A model generated the notes under the pieces. It was not told the DNA's origin and did no database searches. It saw only the letters and a program-made list of their open reading frames with translations. Shown here in pieces: positions 26,094 through 35,028 of a DNA stretch of 64,000 bases. Source of the stretch: Vicinamibacteria bacterium (lineage in GTDB: Bacteria; Acidobacteriota; Vicinamibacteria; Vicinamibacterales; UBA8438); assembly GCA_022820825.1 (NCBI GenBank), contig JAJEEU010000075.1:21723-85722 (forward strand), given 5' to 3'. Positions within the stretch are counted from its first letter, which is position 1. The number at the start of each line of letters is the position of its first letter. A program made the position numbers and the translations under genes.

Positions 26094-28178
26094 TTACGGG
26101 AGCGCGAGTGCGATCAGCTCCGGCGGGTTGCCGCCGACGGTGAGCGCGATGTGCTGCTTGCCGCCCGCCATGTAGGTCATGGGCGCGCCCAGCGCCCCGC
26201 TCGGCAGATCGACCGAAGCCAGCTCTTCTCCCGTCGCCTTGTCGTAGGCCACGAAGCGTGGACCGCCGTTGCTGCCGCCCACCGACAACGCGAGCATCAG
26301 CAGCGTCTCGGTGACGAGCGGTCCGCTGCGGCCCCAGTCGCCGCCCAGCGGCGGCAGGTCGAGGTCGCGCAGCATCGGATGATTGCGGATCCGGTCGCCG
26401 TTGCCGGTCGGAATCATCCACGCGTGCTCGCCGGTGTTCATGTCGATCGCCGTCATCCGCGTGTAGGGCGGCTTGAACAACGGCAGGCCCTGCGGCATCG
26501 CGGGCAGGTCGCGCCCACCGTTGCCGGCCAGTATGACGTCCTCGGGCGCGCCGTGCGTGAAGCGCAGGTTGCCGCCCTGGCCTTCCGGGCTGTAGAAGCG
26601 GATCACCGTCGAGTGGTTGGTCGACGGCACGTAGAGCAGTCCGGTGTCCGGGTCGACCGCCGCGCCCGACCAGCTCGCCGCGCCGGCGCCCGGCGGCCGG
26701 AACAGCGTGCCGCGCGTCACGCCCGGAACGGCGCGGTCCGGCGGCGTGAACAGCGGTCCCAGGCGGAAGCCTTCGACCGCCTGGATCGCCAGCTCGCGAA
26801 TCTCGGGCGTGAAGTCCACCAGGTCGTCAATCGACGTGCCCTGATACTCGAACGGCGCCGGTTTGGTGGGGAACGGCTGCGTCGGCGCAGGCACCTCGCC
26901 CGGAATGTTGCTGTCGGTCGGCACGGGACGTTCCTCGATGGTCCAGATCGGCTCGCCCGTGGCCCGCTCGAATGCATACAGGAATCCCTGCTTGCTGACC
27001 TGCGCCAGCGCCTGGATCGGACGGCCGTCGACGGTGACATCGAGCAGGTTGGGCCCGGCCGGGAAGTCGTAGTCCCACAGCCCGTGGTGCACCGCCTGGA
27101 AGTGCCACACCTTGCGCCCGGTCTCGACGTCGACGCATACGATGCTCTCGGCGAACAGGTTGTCGCCCGGCCGGTGGCCGCCGTAGTAGTCGTTCGTGGG
27201 GGTGCCGGTCGGCAGGTAGACGTAGCCGAGCTCGTCGTCGCCGCTCAGCCAGGTCCACACGTTGGCGTTGCCGGAGTACCGCCACGAGTCGTTGAGCCAG
27301 GTCTCTACCCCTTCTTCACCCTCCTGCGGCACCGTGTGGAAATCCCACCTGTGCTCGCCGGTGCGCACGTCCCAGGCGCGCACCCAGCCCGGAACGGCTT
27401 CCTGCATGATGCGCCGGTCGGCGATGGACGACCCGTGTATGACCACGTCGCGCACCACGATCGGCGGCGACTGGACGGAGTAGAGCATGGCGTTCAGGTA
27501 GTCGCGCTCGTTGCGGTCGGCCCGCGGCAGCCCGACCGTGAGGTCGACGCGGCCGCCTTCCCCGAAGTCCGGACAGGGCAGGCCGGTTTCCGCCTGCGCG
27601 CAGATCAGGTAGCCGTTGCCGGTGCCCCAGAAGATGCGCTCGTCCGTGCCGTCGGTCCAGTACGCCACGCCCCGCTGCCGCCACGTGACGGTCATCGTGG
27701 TGGTGCCTTCCTCGTAGCTCTTGGGGTTGTGCACCCAGATGGTCTCGCCCGTCTCCGCATCCACCGCCACGCCCTGCGAGAGCGCCGTGTTGAAGTACAG
27801 GACGCCGTCGATCATCAGCGGTGTCGCCTGCATCATGGAGATGCGCGGCGAGTTCTGCCTGCGGTACAGGTTCGGGTTCTGCTCTTCGAGGTACTCGACG
27901 ATGTTGTCCAGGCTCGACCACCACTCCCCGCCGTCCGCGGTTGTCGTGCTCACGTGGGCGTCGGCCGACTTCCAGCGCCACGCCACCTCCAGATCGGCGA
28001 AGTTGCCGCGGTCGATCTGATCGAGCGGCGAGTACTTGGTGGCGCCGTTGTCCGCCGCGTAGCTGCGCCACTCTCCGTCGGTGGCGCCGCGCTGCGCCCA
28101 GGCGTCGGCGGGCGCCGCGGCGCCCGCCGCCAATACGGCCAGCGACGTGATGGTGAGCATGTAGAGCTTGAGTCTCAT
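26094..28178 (-). CDS. PQQ-dependent dehydrogenase (quinoprotein, 8-bladed beta-propeller type)
   Basis: Signal peptide MRLKLYMLTITSLAVLAAGAAAPADA. EWRSYAADNGATKYSPLDQI is a typical quinoprotein N-terminus, and W-containing propeller repeats recur. ATG at 28178. The 763-aa track ORF is over-extended. Confidence 0.85.
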   Translation of the reverse strand: MRLKLYMLTITSLAVLAAGAAAPADAWAQRGATDGEWRSYAADNGATKYSPLDQIDRGNFADLEVAWRWKSADAHVSTTTADGGEWWSSLDNIVEYLEEQNPNLYRRQNSPRISMMQATPLMIDGVLYFNTALSQGVAVDAETGETIWVHNPKSYEEGTTTMTVTWRQRGVAYWTDGTDERIFWGTGNGYLICAQAETGLPCPDFGEGGRVDLTVGLPRADRNERDYLNAMLYSVQSPPIVVRDVVIHGSSIADRRIMQEAVPGWVRAWDVRTGEHRWDFHTVPQEGEEGVETWLNDSWRYSGNANVWTWLSGDDELGYVYLPTGTPTNDYYGGHRPGDNLFAESIVCVDVETGRKVWHFQAVHHGLWDYDFPAGPNLLDVTVDGRPIQALAQVSKQGFLYAFERATGEPIWTIEERPVPTDSNIPGEVPAPTQPFPTKPAPFEYQGTSIDDLVDFTPEIRELAIQAVEGFRLGPLFTPPDRAVPGVTRGTLFRPPGAGAASWSGAAVDPDTGLLYVPSTNHSTVIRFYSPEGQGGNLRFTHGAPEDVILAGNGGRDLPAMPQGLPLFKPPYTRMTAIDMNTGEHAWMIPTGNGDRIRNHPMLRDLDLPPLGGDWGRSGPLVTETLLMLALSVGGSNGGPRFVAYDKATGEELASVDLPSGALGAPMTYMAGGKQHIALTVGGNPPELIALALP

Positions 28179-28218
28179 CGATGTCCCCCGCAGTGAGAAT
28201 ATTTTGGCACGCGGACCT

Positions 28219-28758
28219 TCACGGTGCGTACGCCCACAGCGAGCGGGGCAGCAGGGCGCCCCACCGGTCGTCGTACGGGTGCACCTGCTCGATGCGTGTC
28301 CCGTCCCGGTACACTGGCCGCCCTTCGCCGGCCCAGCGGAAGATGGACCCCTCGAGGTTGACGGCGTCGGCGTGCCCGCGCTCACGCAGGCGGTCGACGA
28401 GCGCCGCCGAGCGGTAGCCGACGGAGCAGTAGACCACGACGCGCGCGCCTGGCGCCGCCGCGGCCAGCCGGGCCGCGGTGTCGGCGTCGGAGCCCACGAG
28501 GTGCGCGCCCGGCAGACGGCTCACCGCGAACTCGTCCGCCGCGCGCGCGTCAAGGACCAGGACTCTTGCCGGGTCGGCCGCGAGCGCCGCGGCCAGCTCG
28601 GCCGTGCTCATGCGCGGCACGTCCGGGTACTCGTCCGCGATGATCGCCTCGACGGCGTTCCAGTCGAGCGGCCGCGAGTCCTGGTTGCAGGCAGAGCCCG
28701 GCACGGCCAGCACGGACACGGCGATCCACGCTGCCGCGCCGCGCACCCCGGCTCTCAT
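28219..28758 (-). CDS. rhodanese-like domain protein (secreted or lipoprotein)
   Basis: Active-site loop context VVVYCSVGYRS. N-terminal signal with Cys (VPGSAC). The ATG overlaps the M20 gene stop (ATGA). Confidence 0.8.
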   Translation of the reverse strand: MRAGVRGAAAWIAVSVLAVPGSACNQDSRPLDWNAVEAIIADEYPDVPRMSTAELAAALAADPARVLVLDARAADEFAVSRLPGAHLVGSDADTAARLAAAAPGARVVVYCSVGYRSAALVDRLRERGHADAVNLEGSIFRWAGEGRPVYRDGTRIEQVHPYDDRWGALLPRSLWAYAP

Positions 28759-29954
28759 ACTGCCTCGGTTGCGGTATCGGCGCGCGGGCGGCCAAGGCGG
28801 GCAGCGGCCTCGTGCGCCACGCGCTCGAAGAAGCAGGCGCCGACCTTCAGCGCATTCTCGTCGACGTCGAACAGCGGGCTGTGCAGCGGGATGTATTCGC
28901 CGTCGGCTCCGCGCGTGCCGATGCGCACGTAGCAGCCCGGAATCTCGCGCAGGTAGTACGAGAAGTCCTCGGCGCCCATGCTGGGATAGTCCTGCTCGAC
29001 GACCGCATCCGGTCCGACCACGCGCTGCGCGGCCCGCCGCGCGACCTCGGTCTCGCGGTCGGTGTTGACGACCGGCGGCGACCATTCGCCCATGGTCACC
29101 GCGATCTCCGCGTTGTGCTGGTGTCCCAGTGCGTTGGCCATGCGGTGCAGGCCGTCGACGATCTGCTGCCGCGCCTCGTGGCGGGTGGTGCGGATGGTGC
29201 CTTCGAGCACCGCATCCTCGGCAATGATGTTCGGGGCGCTGCCCGCGCGGACCGACCCGACGGTGACGACGGACGGGAACGCCGGGTTGATCGTGCGCGA
29301 AACCAGAGTCTGGAGCGAGGTGATGAGGAACCCCGCGATGACGACGGCGTCGACCGCCTCGTGCGGCCGCGCGCCGTGTCCGCCGCGGCCGCGCACGCGA
29401 ATCGTGAAGCGGTCGGCGCGCGCGGTGACCGTACCCCGCGTCACCATGATCTCGCCCACCTCGTAGTGGTGCGTGACGTGGACGCCGAATATGGCGTCCG
29501 CACCGTCCAGCATGCCCGAGCGCAGCATGACCAGCGAGCCGTTGCCGCGCTCTTCGGCCGGCTGGAACACGAGCAGGACGTTGCCGGCCGGGGGCGACGC
29601 CCGCAGCATGTCCGCGGCGCCGAGCAGCATGGCCATGTGGGCGTCGTGGCCGCAGGCGTGCATCGTCTCGGGTGTTTCCGAGGCGAACGGCAGCGCCGTC
29701 CGTTCCACGCACGGCAACGCGTCCATCTCGGCCCGAATCGCTACCGTCGGCGCGGCCGGATCCGTGCCCGCAAGGCGGCCCACGACGCCGCTGCCGGCCC
29801 CGCCGTACTCGTACGGGATCCCGAGCCGGTCGAGCTCGGCCATGATCGCCCGGGCAGTCTCGACCTCCTCGAACGAGAGCTCGGGATGCCGGTGGAAGTG
29901 GCGGCGCAGGTCGACCATGCGCTGGAAGACCTCGTTGGGCGGAGCTGGAATCAT
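28755..29954 (-). CDS. M20-family amidohydrolase (N-acyl-L-amino-acid amidohydrolase / hippuricase-like)
   Basis: LRRHFHRHPELSFEE..., ...MHACGHDAH... and ...FQPAEE... are hallmark M20D motifs. 399 aa. Confidence 0.9.
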   Translation of the reverse strand: MIPAPPNEVFQRMVDLRRHFHRHPELSFEEVETARAIMAELDRLGIPYEYGGAGSGVVGRLAGTDPAAPTVAIRAEMDALPCVERTALPFASETPETMHACGHDAHMAMLLGAADMLRASPPAGNVLLVFQPAEERGNGSLVMLRSGMLDGADAIFGVHVTHHYEVGEIMVTRGTVTARADRFTIRVRGRGGHGARPHEAVDAVVIAGFLITSLQTLVSRTINPAFPSVVTVGSVRAGSAPNIIAEDAVLEGTIRTTRHEARQQIVDGLHRMANALGHQHNAEIAVTMGEWSPPVVNTDRETEVARRAAQRVVGPDAVVEQDYPSMGAEDFSYYLREIPGCYVRIGTRGADGEYIPLHSPLFDVDENALKVGACFFERVAHEAAARLGRPRADTATEAV

Positions 29955-30005
29955 CTTGCGTTCATTCTCTCCGATCGGCGGTGCATGCGGCCATGCGGCG
30001 CGCGC

Positions 30006-31403
30006 CTAGAGGCCCAGCAGGCGCGGCAGGTCATCGACCATGGCCCGTTCGGCGTCCCCCTGCGTTGCGCCCAGGGCGATGACGTCGAGCTTTCCGCAAC
30101 CCTGCAACGGACCCACGTTGTAAAAGATGAAACGGCCGGTCTGGGTGCGGGCGTCGAACGCCTCGCCGCCTACCCGCTCCAGCACCTCCCCGAAGCTGAC
30201 CGACAGCAACCCGTCGTGCACGAAGTCCTGCGCCCGGTACGGCGGGCGCGGCTCCGACACGATCCGGTCGACGAGGTGCATCGGCGTGCTGGTGCCGCCC
30301 CAGCGCCCGTTGCATTCCGTGAACCGCACGGCGAAGTCTCCGTCCGGATCGCCGAGCACCAGGTGGTCGAACGAGCAGCGGCCGACGTAGCCGAGCGCCT
30401 GGAGCGCGCCGGCGATCTCCCGGCTGGCGTCGGCCAGGGCCCGGTTTACCCGTGCGGGAAGCATGGACGGCCGGCTGCCGACGAACACCCGTTCTTCCCC
30501 CGCGAGGATCTGCTCGTAGATTCCATCGAGGCGCGGGAGACCGTCCGCCGGCGCCGGAAGCCACCACTGGGTCGACGGCGACGCCGCCGCTTCCTCCCAG
30601 GCGACGGCAAGGATCGGTTCGGGCGGCCGCCAGTCGGTGCGCTCGAGAAAGGCGCGGACGCCGGTGACAATTGCATCCCGCTCCCCGGAGCGGAGCGCCG
30701 CCGCCTCGAGCACCAGGTTGCCGGTGCCGGACGCGCAACGCGTGCGCTTCAGGCCGACGCCCGTGTAGCGCGCGGCCAGGGTGCACAACATCGCGGCGCA
30801 CTCTTCGGGGGACGTGACGGCATGTGACTCGGGCATCCAGCCGGGGCCGAGCACGCGCTCGACGAGCTCGGCGAAGAGCGCCTTGTCGTTGGCGATCCAG
30901 GTCACCGGCGGCGGCGGGCCGAGCACGGACACCGGAACCGCAGCCGCGGCGGCGAGGCACGCCGCGAGCGTCCACACGTCCTCCGTGGACATATAGGGGT
31001 GGATGGTGAGCCCCCCCGCCCGGCGCGCGCCGTCGGCGAGCCGGTCGAACGCTGCGCCTGCGCTGCAGCCGCGGGCGATGGCCAGCCGGTTGTCGCCGTC
31101 GCCTGCCGCCAGCCAGCAGGCGTCTCCGAGCAGCAGCCGCTCCCGGCAATAGGTCTCATACTCGGGGTCGGGCGGTGTCACGGTGGCGTACAGGTCGCCC
31201 GGTTCCGCGCGGACCCGCGCGCGGTGCTGGTACTCCTCGACGCCCGCGATTGCCGTCAGGAAGGGGATGGCCGAGACGTCCTCGAGGTGCAGCACCCGCC
31301 GCCGCGCGGCCGCGGGTGTCCAGCAACGCTCCCGAAACGGCTCGACCTGCTCACCGAGCTTCAGCCGGTCGGCCAGGTCGCGGACGGCAGCGGAGGCAGA
31401 CAC
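30006..31403 (-). CDS. ATP-grasp superfamily ligase-like protein (PGM1-type peptide-ligase-like)
   Basis: 465 aa. The C-terminal FTECNGRWGGTS contains the E-x-N Mg/ATP motif of ATP-grasp enzymes. The N-terminal half resembles a pre-ATP-grasp domain. The assignment is tentative. GTG start with no clear SD. Confidence 0.5.
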   Translation of the reverse strand: MSASAAVRDLADRLKLGEQVEPFRERCWTPAAARRRVLHLEDVSAIPFLTAIAGVEEYQHRARVRAEPGDLYATVTPPDPEYETYCRERLLLGDACWLAAGDGDNRLAIARGCSAGAAFDRLADGARRAGGLTIHPYMSTEDVWTLAACLAAAAAVPVSVLGPPPPVTWIANDKALFAELVERVLGPGWMPESHAVTSPEECAAMLCTLAARYTGVGLKRTRCASGTGNLVLEAAALRSGERDAIVTGVRAFLERTDWRPPEPILAVAWEEAAASPSTQWWLPAPADGLPRLDGIYEQILAGEERVFVGSRPSMLPARVNRALADASREIAGALQALGYVGRCSFDHLVLGDPDGDFAVRFTECNGRWGGTSTPMHLVDRIVSEPRPPYRAQDFVHDGLLSVSFGEVLERVGGEAFDARTQTGRFIFYNVGPLQGCGKLDVIALGATQGDAERAMVDDLPRLLGL

Positions 31404-31418
31404 GCGGGGAGGCGGGAC

Positions 31419-31886
31419 TCAGGAGGCGGCTTTCGAAGTGCCCGCCTTGAGATGGTGGAGCTTCACCGCGGCGGCGGCTTCGGCAAGGTTCGGGTCGACC
31501 CGGCCGTTGAATACCGCCCCGTCGTCAATCGCAAGCCGCGGTGCGACCAGGCGCCCTTCTACGCGGCCGTCGGCCAGGATCTTCACGCTGCGCGTCGCGG
31601 TCAGGTTGCCTTTCACGTTGCCCCGGACCGTGATGCTCTGGGCGAAGATGTCCGACTTCAGCTTTCCGTGCGTGCCCACCGCTACGCCGTGCTCCGGCGC
31701 ATTTATCTGACCGTCGACGTGCCCTTCGATTACAAGGTGGGTCGAGGCGTCGATGTTGCCCCTGACCGCCAGACCCCGGCCGATCGACGACACCCCGCCG
31801 CGATCTTCAAGCCCGTGCCGCAACGCCGGGTCAATGGCAAGGAGGTCAGCGACGAGCGTTTCGTCGTTGCCAACGGGTGGTCTCAT
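31419..31886 (-). CDS. bactofilin (polymer-forming cytoskeletal protein)
   Basis: Repetitive beta-helix pattern ...G.I.G.V.G...V.G.V.G.I... (LVIEGHVDGQINAPEHGVAVGTHGKLKSDIFAQSITVRGNVKGNLTA...) with a disordered tail. Confidence 0.85.
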   Translation of the reverse strand: MRPPVGNDETLVADLLAIDPALRHGLEDRGGVSSIGRGLAVRGNIDASTHLVIEGHVDGQINAPEHGVAVGTHGKLKSDIFAQSITVRGNVKGNLTATRSVKILADGRVEGRLVAPRLAIDDGAVFNGRVDPNLAEAAAAVKLHHLKAGTSKAAS

Positions 31887-31891
31887 CAGCC

Positions 31892-31939
31892 GTATGCGAA
31901 GGTCCCAACTGCGCCGTATACGAGGGTTCCAACTGCCGC
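31892..31939 (+). repeat. tandem 24-bp direct repeat in a divergent intergenic region
   Basis: GTATGCGAAGGTCCCAACTGCGCC / GTATACGAGGGTTCCAACTGCCGC, 19/24 identical and head to tail. It starts 6 nt from the bactofilin start codon. Confidence 0.8.
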
Positions 31940-32088
31940 ACCAATATGGAGTCTACCCGCCGGCGCGAACGGCGCGCAACCCCCCGCGGCCGCGCCGTCA
32001 CGGGCCGCGCGCCGACCCGACTTGCGCTCGGGGGGGCGGCTGGCGGAGAATACGCTCGCCATCTTCCATGGTAGGAGGGAGAGCCATC

Positions 32089-32376
32089 ATGCACGGAGGG
32101 TTCACTCGACGTGGCCCTGATTGGCGCACGTGGATCGTCGTTCTGGCGGTCGCGCTGATCGGTGCAACGTCGATCTCCACCGTCTGGCATGGTCCGCACG
32201 ACGCAGATCAGGATTGCGCTGTCTGCTCGCTGCGGCACCACGCGGTCGCCGACCTCGTCGGCGCCTTGCCGACCGGGCCGGCCGACACGCCGGAGCCCGG
32301 CGTTCCCGCGGTCACGCCGCCGTGGTTCGCCGCAGATCACACCTCGCAGCTCCCCGCCCGCGCACCTCCCGCGTAG
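32089..32376 (+). CDS. small membrane-anchored Cys/His protein upstream of TonB-dependent receptor (DUF2946-like position)
   Basis: ATG at 32089 has GGAGGGAG upstream. One TM helix (WIVVLAVALIGATSI), then HGPHDADQDCAVCSLRHH. The family assignment rests only on position and architecture. Confidence 0.4.
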   Translation: MHGGFTRRGPDWRTWIVVLAVALIGATSISTVWHGPHDADQDCAVCSLRHHAVADLVGALPTGPADTPEPGVPAVTPPWFAADHTSQLPARAPPA

Positions 32377-32544
32377 TTTCCCGGCAGCTCGTTCCATCAA
32401 TTCAGTTGTTCGTTGCGGCCGGCGCTTGCCCGGCGCGCCCGGCGGGACTGTAGTGCAGTCTGCGCGGTGCGCCGCGGGCTCCGCGTCGATCGCTTCACGG
32501 AAACCTGGTGCGCCCGCGATGGCGCACGCCGGAGGGGAAGACCA

Positions 32545-35028
32545 ATGCATCGACATGTGAGAAGCAGTCCGTTTACGGCCATCGTCCTGGCCGTGCTTGC
32601 GGCGTTCGCCGCGCTGGCGGCGCCGGTCCGGGCGCAGGAGAGCGGCACCGTGCAGGGCACGGTGACTTTGGCGGAGAACGGTGGGGCGGTCCACGGCGCC
32701 GTAGTGCTGATCGTCGAAGCGGGCCTGGTCGGGCTGACCGGCGAGGACGGTGCGTTCGAGATTGGCGACGTACCGCCCGGATCCTATGAAGTGCTGGCCC
32801 AGCGGGAGCACCTCACGGCCGGCCGGCAGATGATTGCGTTGACCCCGGGCGGAACGGCCACGGTCGACTTCGAGCTCGGTCTGTCTCCCATACATGAGGA
32901 GGTGACCGTCACCGCGGCGGCGGGTGGTGCACAAACGACGTTCGAGGCATTCAATGCAGTTACGACGCTCGACTCGTTCGATCTCGTGGGGCAGTCGCAC
33001 GGCAGTCTCGGAGACGCCTTGCAGCGGGAGCCCGGCATTGCCAGCCGGAGCTTCGGTCCGGGTTCGAGCCGGCCGATCATCCGCGGATTCGACGGCGACC
33101 GCGTGCTGATCCTGGAGGACGGAATCCGCACGGGCGATCTGTCGAGCCAGTCCGGCGATCACGGCATTACCATCGACCCGAACAGCGCCGAGCGGATCGA
33201 GATCGTGCGGGGACCGGCGACGCTGCTGTACGGCTCGAACGCCGTCGGCGGGCTCGTCAACATCATCACGCCGCACGAGAGCTACCGCGATTCGCTGTTC
33301 GAAGGCACCCGCGCGCAGTTCACTGCCGACGCGGGCAGCGCCAACGCGCAGGCCGGCAGCAACGCCAGCCTGCAGCACGCGCAGGACAACCTGCTCTTCT
33401 GGGCCGGCGGCAGCACCCGCCGCACGGGCGACTACGACACGCCGGAAGGCACGATCGGCAACTCCGCGACCGAGCTGACGAACGCCCGCGCCGGCATCGG
33501 CTTCTTCGGGGAGCGGTTCTTCGTGAGCGGCGGATTCAACGTGGAGGACGGCCGCTACGGCGTGCCTTTCGCGGACGAGTTCCACGGGGCCCACGGCGAG
33601 GAAGAAGAGCACGGCGACGAAGACGAGGGCGAGGACGAGGACCACGGCGACGAGGAGGAGGGCGAGGAGGAAAGCGAGGTCGACCTGGATTCGCGGCGCC
33701 GCGTCGGGCGGTTCGACCTCGGCCTGCGCAACCTGGACAACCGCGCCATCGAGGGGGTGCGGGTCAGCCTGAACGTAATCGACTGGAATCACGACGAGCT
33801 GGAGATCGAGAACGGCATTGAAGCGGTCGGAACCCAATTCGACAACCGTACCTATGTCGTGCGGGCCGAAGTGGACCAGCGGCCGACGGAACACATCTCC
33901 GGAAGGTTCGGCGTGTGGACGCAGGTGCGTGACTTCGAGGCGACCGGCGTCGAGGCGCTGGCGCCGCGTACCGACCTGTCGTCATTCGCGGCGTTCGCCT
34001 ATGAGGAAGTCAACTTCGGGCGCCTGCGCCTGCAGTTCGGCGGCCGCGTCGAACGCAACGACTACCGGGCCATGGAGCGCATGGGAGGACTCGGACACGG
34101 CGAGGAAGACGACCACGACGAGGAGGGCGACGAGGAAGGGGAGGATCACGAAGGGGAGGATGACGACGACGGGGACGACCACGGCGAGGAGGACGATGAC
34201 GAAGGAGACGACCACGGCGAGGAGGAGGGGCACGATATCGACATCGAGGCGCCCGATCCGCGTGACCGGCAGTTCATCGGCGCGTCGGCCTCCATCGGTC
34301 TGCACGCCGACCTGGGCGGGGACACCGCCTTCGTGGCCAACCTCACCCGCTCGCACCGCGCTCCGGCGCTGGAGGAGCTCTACAACTTCGGGCCGCACGT
34401 CGGCAATCTCGCGTTCGAGGTCGGCAACCCGGACCTGGACGCCGAGACCACGCTCGGCCTCGACCTGAGCCTGCGGCACCAGAGCGACCGTGTCCGCAGC
34501 GATCTCAATTTCTTCGTCTACGACATCGACAACTTCATCTTCGGGGATCGCACGGACGAGGTGCTGGACACTCTGCCGGTGTTCAATTTCCTGCAGGGCG
34601 ACAGCCGGTTCACGGGGTTCGACGCGCGCGGCAGCTTCCGGCTGGCGGGAGAGGCCTGGGCCACCCTCGGCCTCGGGTATGTCGACGCGCGGCTGACGGC
34701 GCTCGACCAGGCGCTGCCGCGCATTCCGCCGCTGCGCGGCACGGTGAGCCTCGACGTTCCGTACAGGGGGTTCACCGTGAGTCCGGAGGTGACGTTCGCG
34801 GCGAAGCAGGACAACGTCTTCCGCGGGGAGACCGAGACGGACGGTTACGTGGTGGCGGACATACGTGCCTCGTACGTGTGGCCGCGCCAGCACACCGCGC
34901 ACATCCTGACGTTCACGGCGTACAACCTGACGAACGAGCTGTACCGGAACCACACGTCCTTCATCAAGGATCTGGCGCCCGAGATCGGACGCGGGTTCAA
35001 GGTGGGATATTCGGTACGGTTCTTCTAG
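32545..35028 (+). CDS. TonB-dependent receptor with carboxypeptidase-regulatory-like N-domain and two His/Asp/Glu-rich insertions
   Basis: Signal peptide, CarbopepD_reg-like GTVQGTV...GAFEIGDVPPGSYEV, plug motifs (...RGFDGDRVLILEDG...IEIVRGPATLLYGSNAVGG) and a terminal ...GYSVRFF. Low-complexity tracts at ~33582-33683 and ~34093-34245. ATG at 32545 with GGAGGGG upstream. Confidence 0.9.
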   Translation: MHRHVRSSPFTAIVLAVLAAFAALAAPVRAQESGTVQGTVTLAENGGAVHGAVVLIVEAGLVGLTGEDGAFEIGDVPPGSYEVLAQREHLTAGRQMIALTPGGTATVDFELGLSPIHEEVTVTAAAGGAQTTFEAFNAVTTLDSFDLVGQSHGSLGDALQREPGIASRSFGPGSSRPIIRGFDGDRVLILEDGIRTGDLSSQSGDHGITIDPNSAERIEIVRGPATLLYGSNAVGGLVNIITPHESYRDSLFEGTRAQFTADAGSANAQAGSNASLQHAQDNLLFWAGGSTRRTGDYDTPEGTIGNSATELTNARAGIGFFGERFFVSGGFNVEDGRYGVPFADEFHGAHGEEEEHGDEDEGEDEDHGDEEEGEEESEVDLDSRRRVGRFDLGLRNLDNRAIEGVRVSLNVIDWNHDELEIENGIEAVGTQFDNRTYVVRAEVDQRPTEHISGRFGVWTQVRDFEATGVEALAPRTDLSSFAAFAYEEVNFGRLRLQFGGRVERNDYRAMERMGGLGHGEEDDHDEEGDEEGEDHEGEDDDDGDDHGEEDDDEGDDHGEEEGHDIDIEAPDPRDRQFIGASASIGLHADLGGDTAFVANLTRSHRAPALEELYNFGPHVGNLAFEVGNPDLDAETTLGLDLSLRHQSDRVRSDLNFFVYDIDNFIFGDRTDEVLDTLPVFNFLQGDSRFTGFDARGSFRLAGEAWATLGLGYVDARLTALDQALPRIPPLRGTVSLDVPYRGFTVSPEVTFAAKQDNVFRGETETDGYVVADIRASYVWPRQHTAHILTFTAYNLTNELYRNHTSFIKDLAPEIGRGFKVGYSVRFF

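Noticed and set aside
29955-30005. A tiny minus-strand ORF (MAACTADRRE) between the ATP-grasp-like and M20 genes, as a possible RiPP precursor for the ligase.
   Set aside because: It is only 10 codons, with no RBS, no leader/core organisation and no supporting conservation available.
35023-35028. The convergent TBDR1 and ZIP-like genes share one palindromic CTAG for both stop codons (a 4-nt overlap).
   Set aside because: The overlap is real in the sequence but is most simply a coincidence of compact gene packing. There is no evidence of functional significance.
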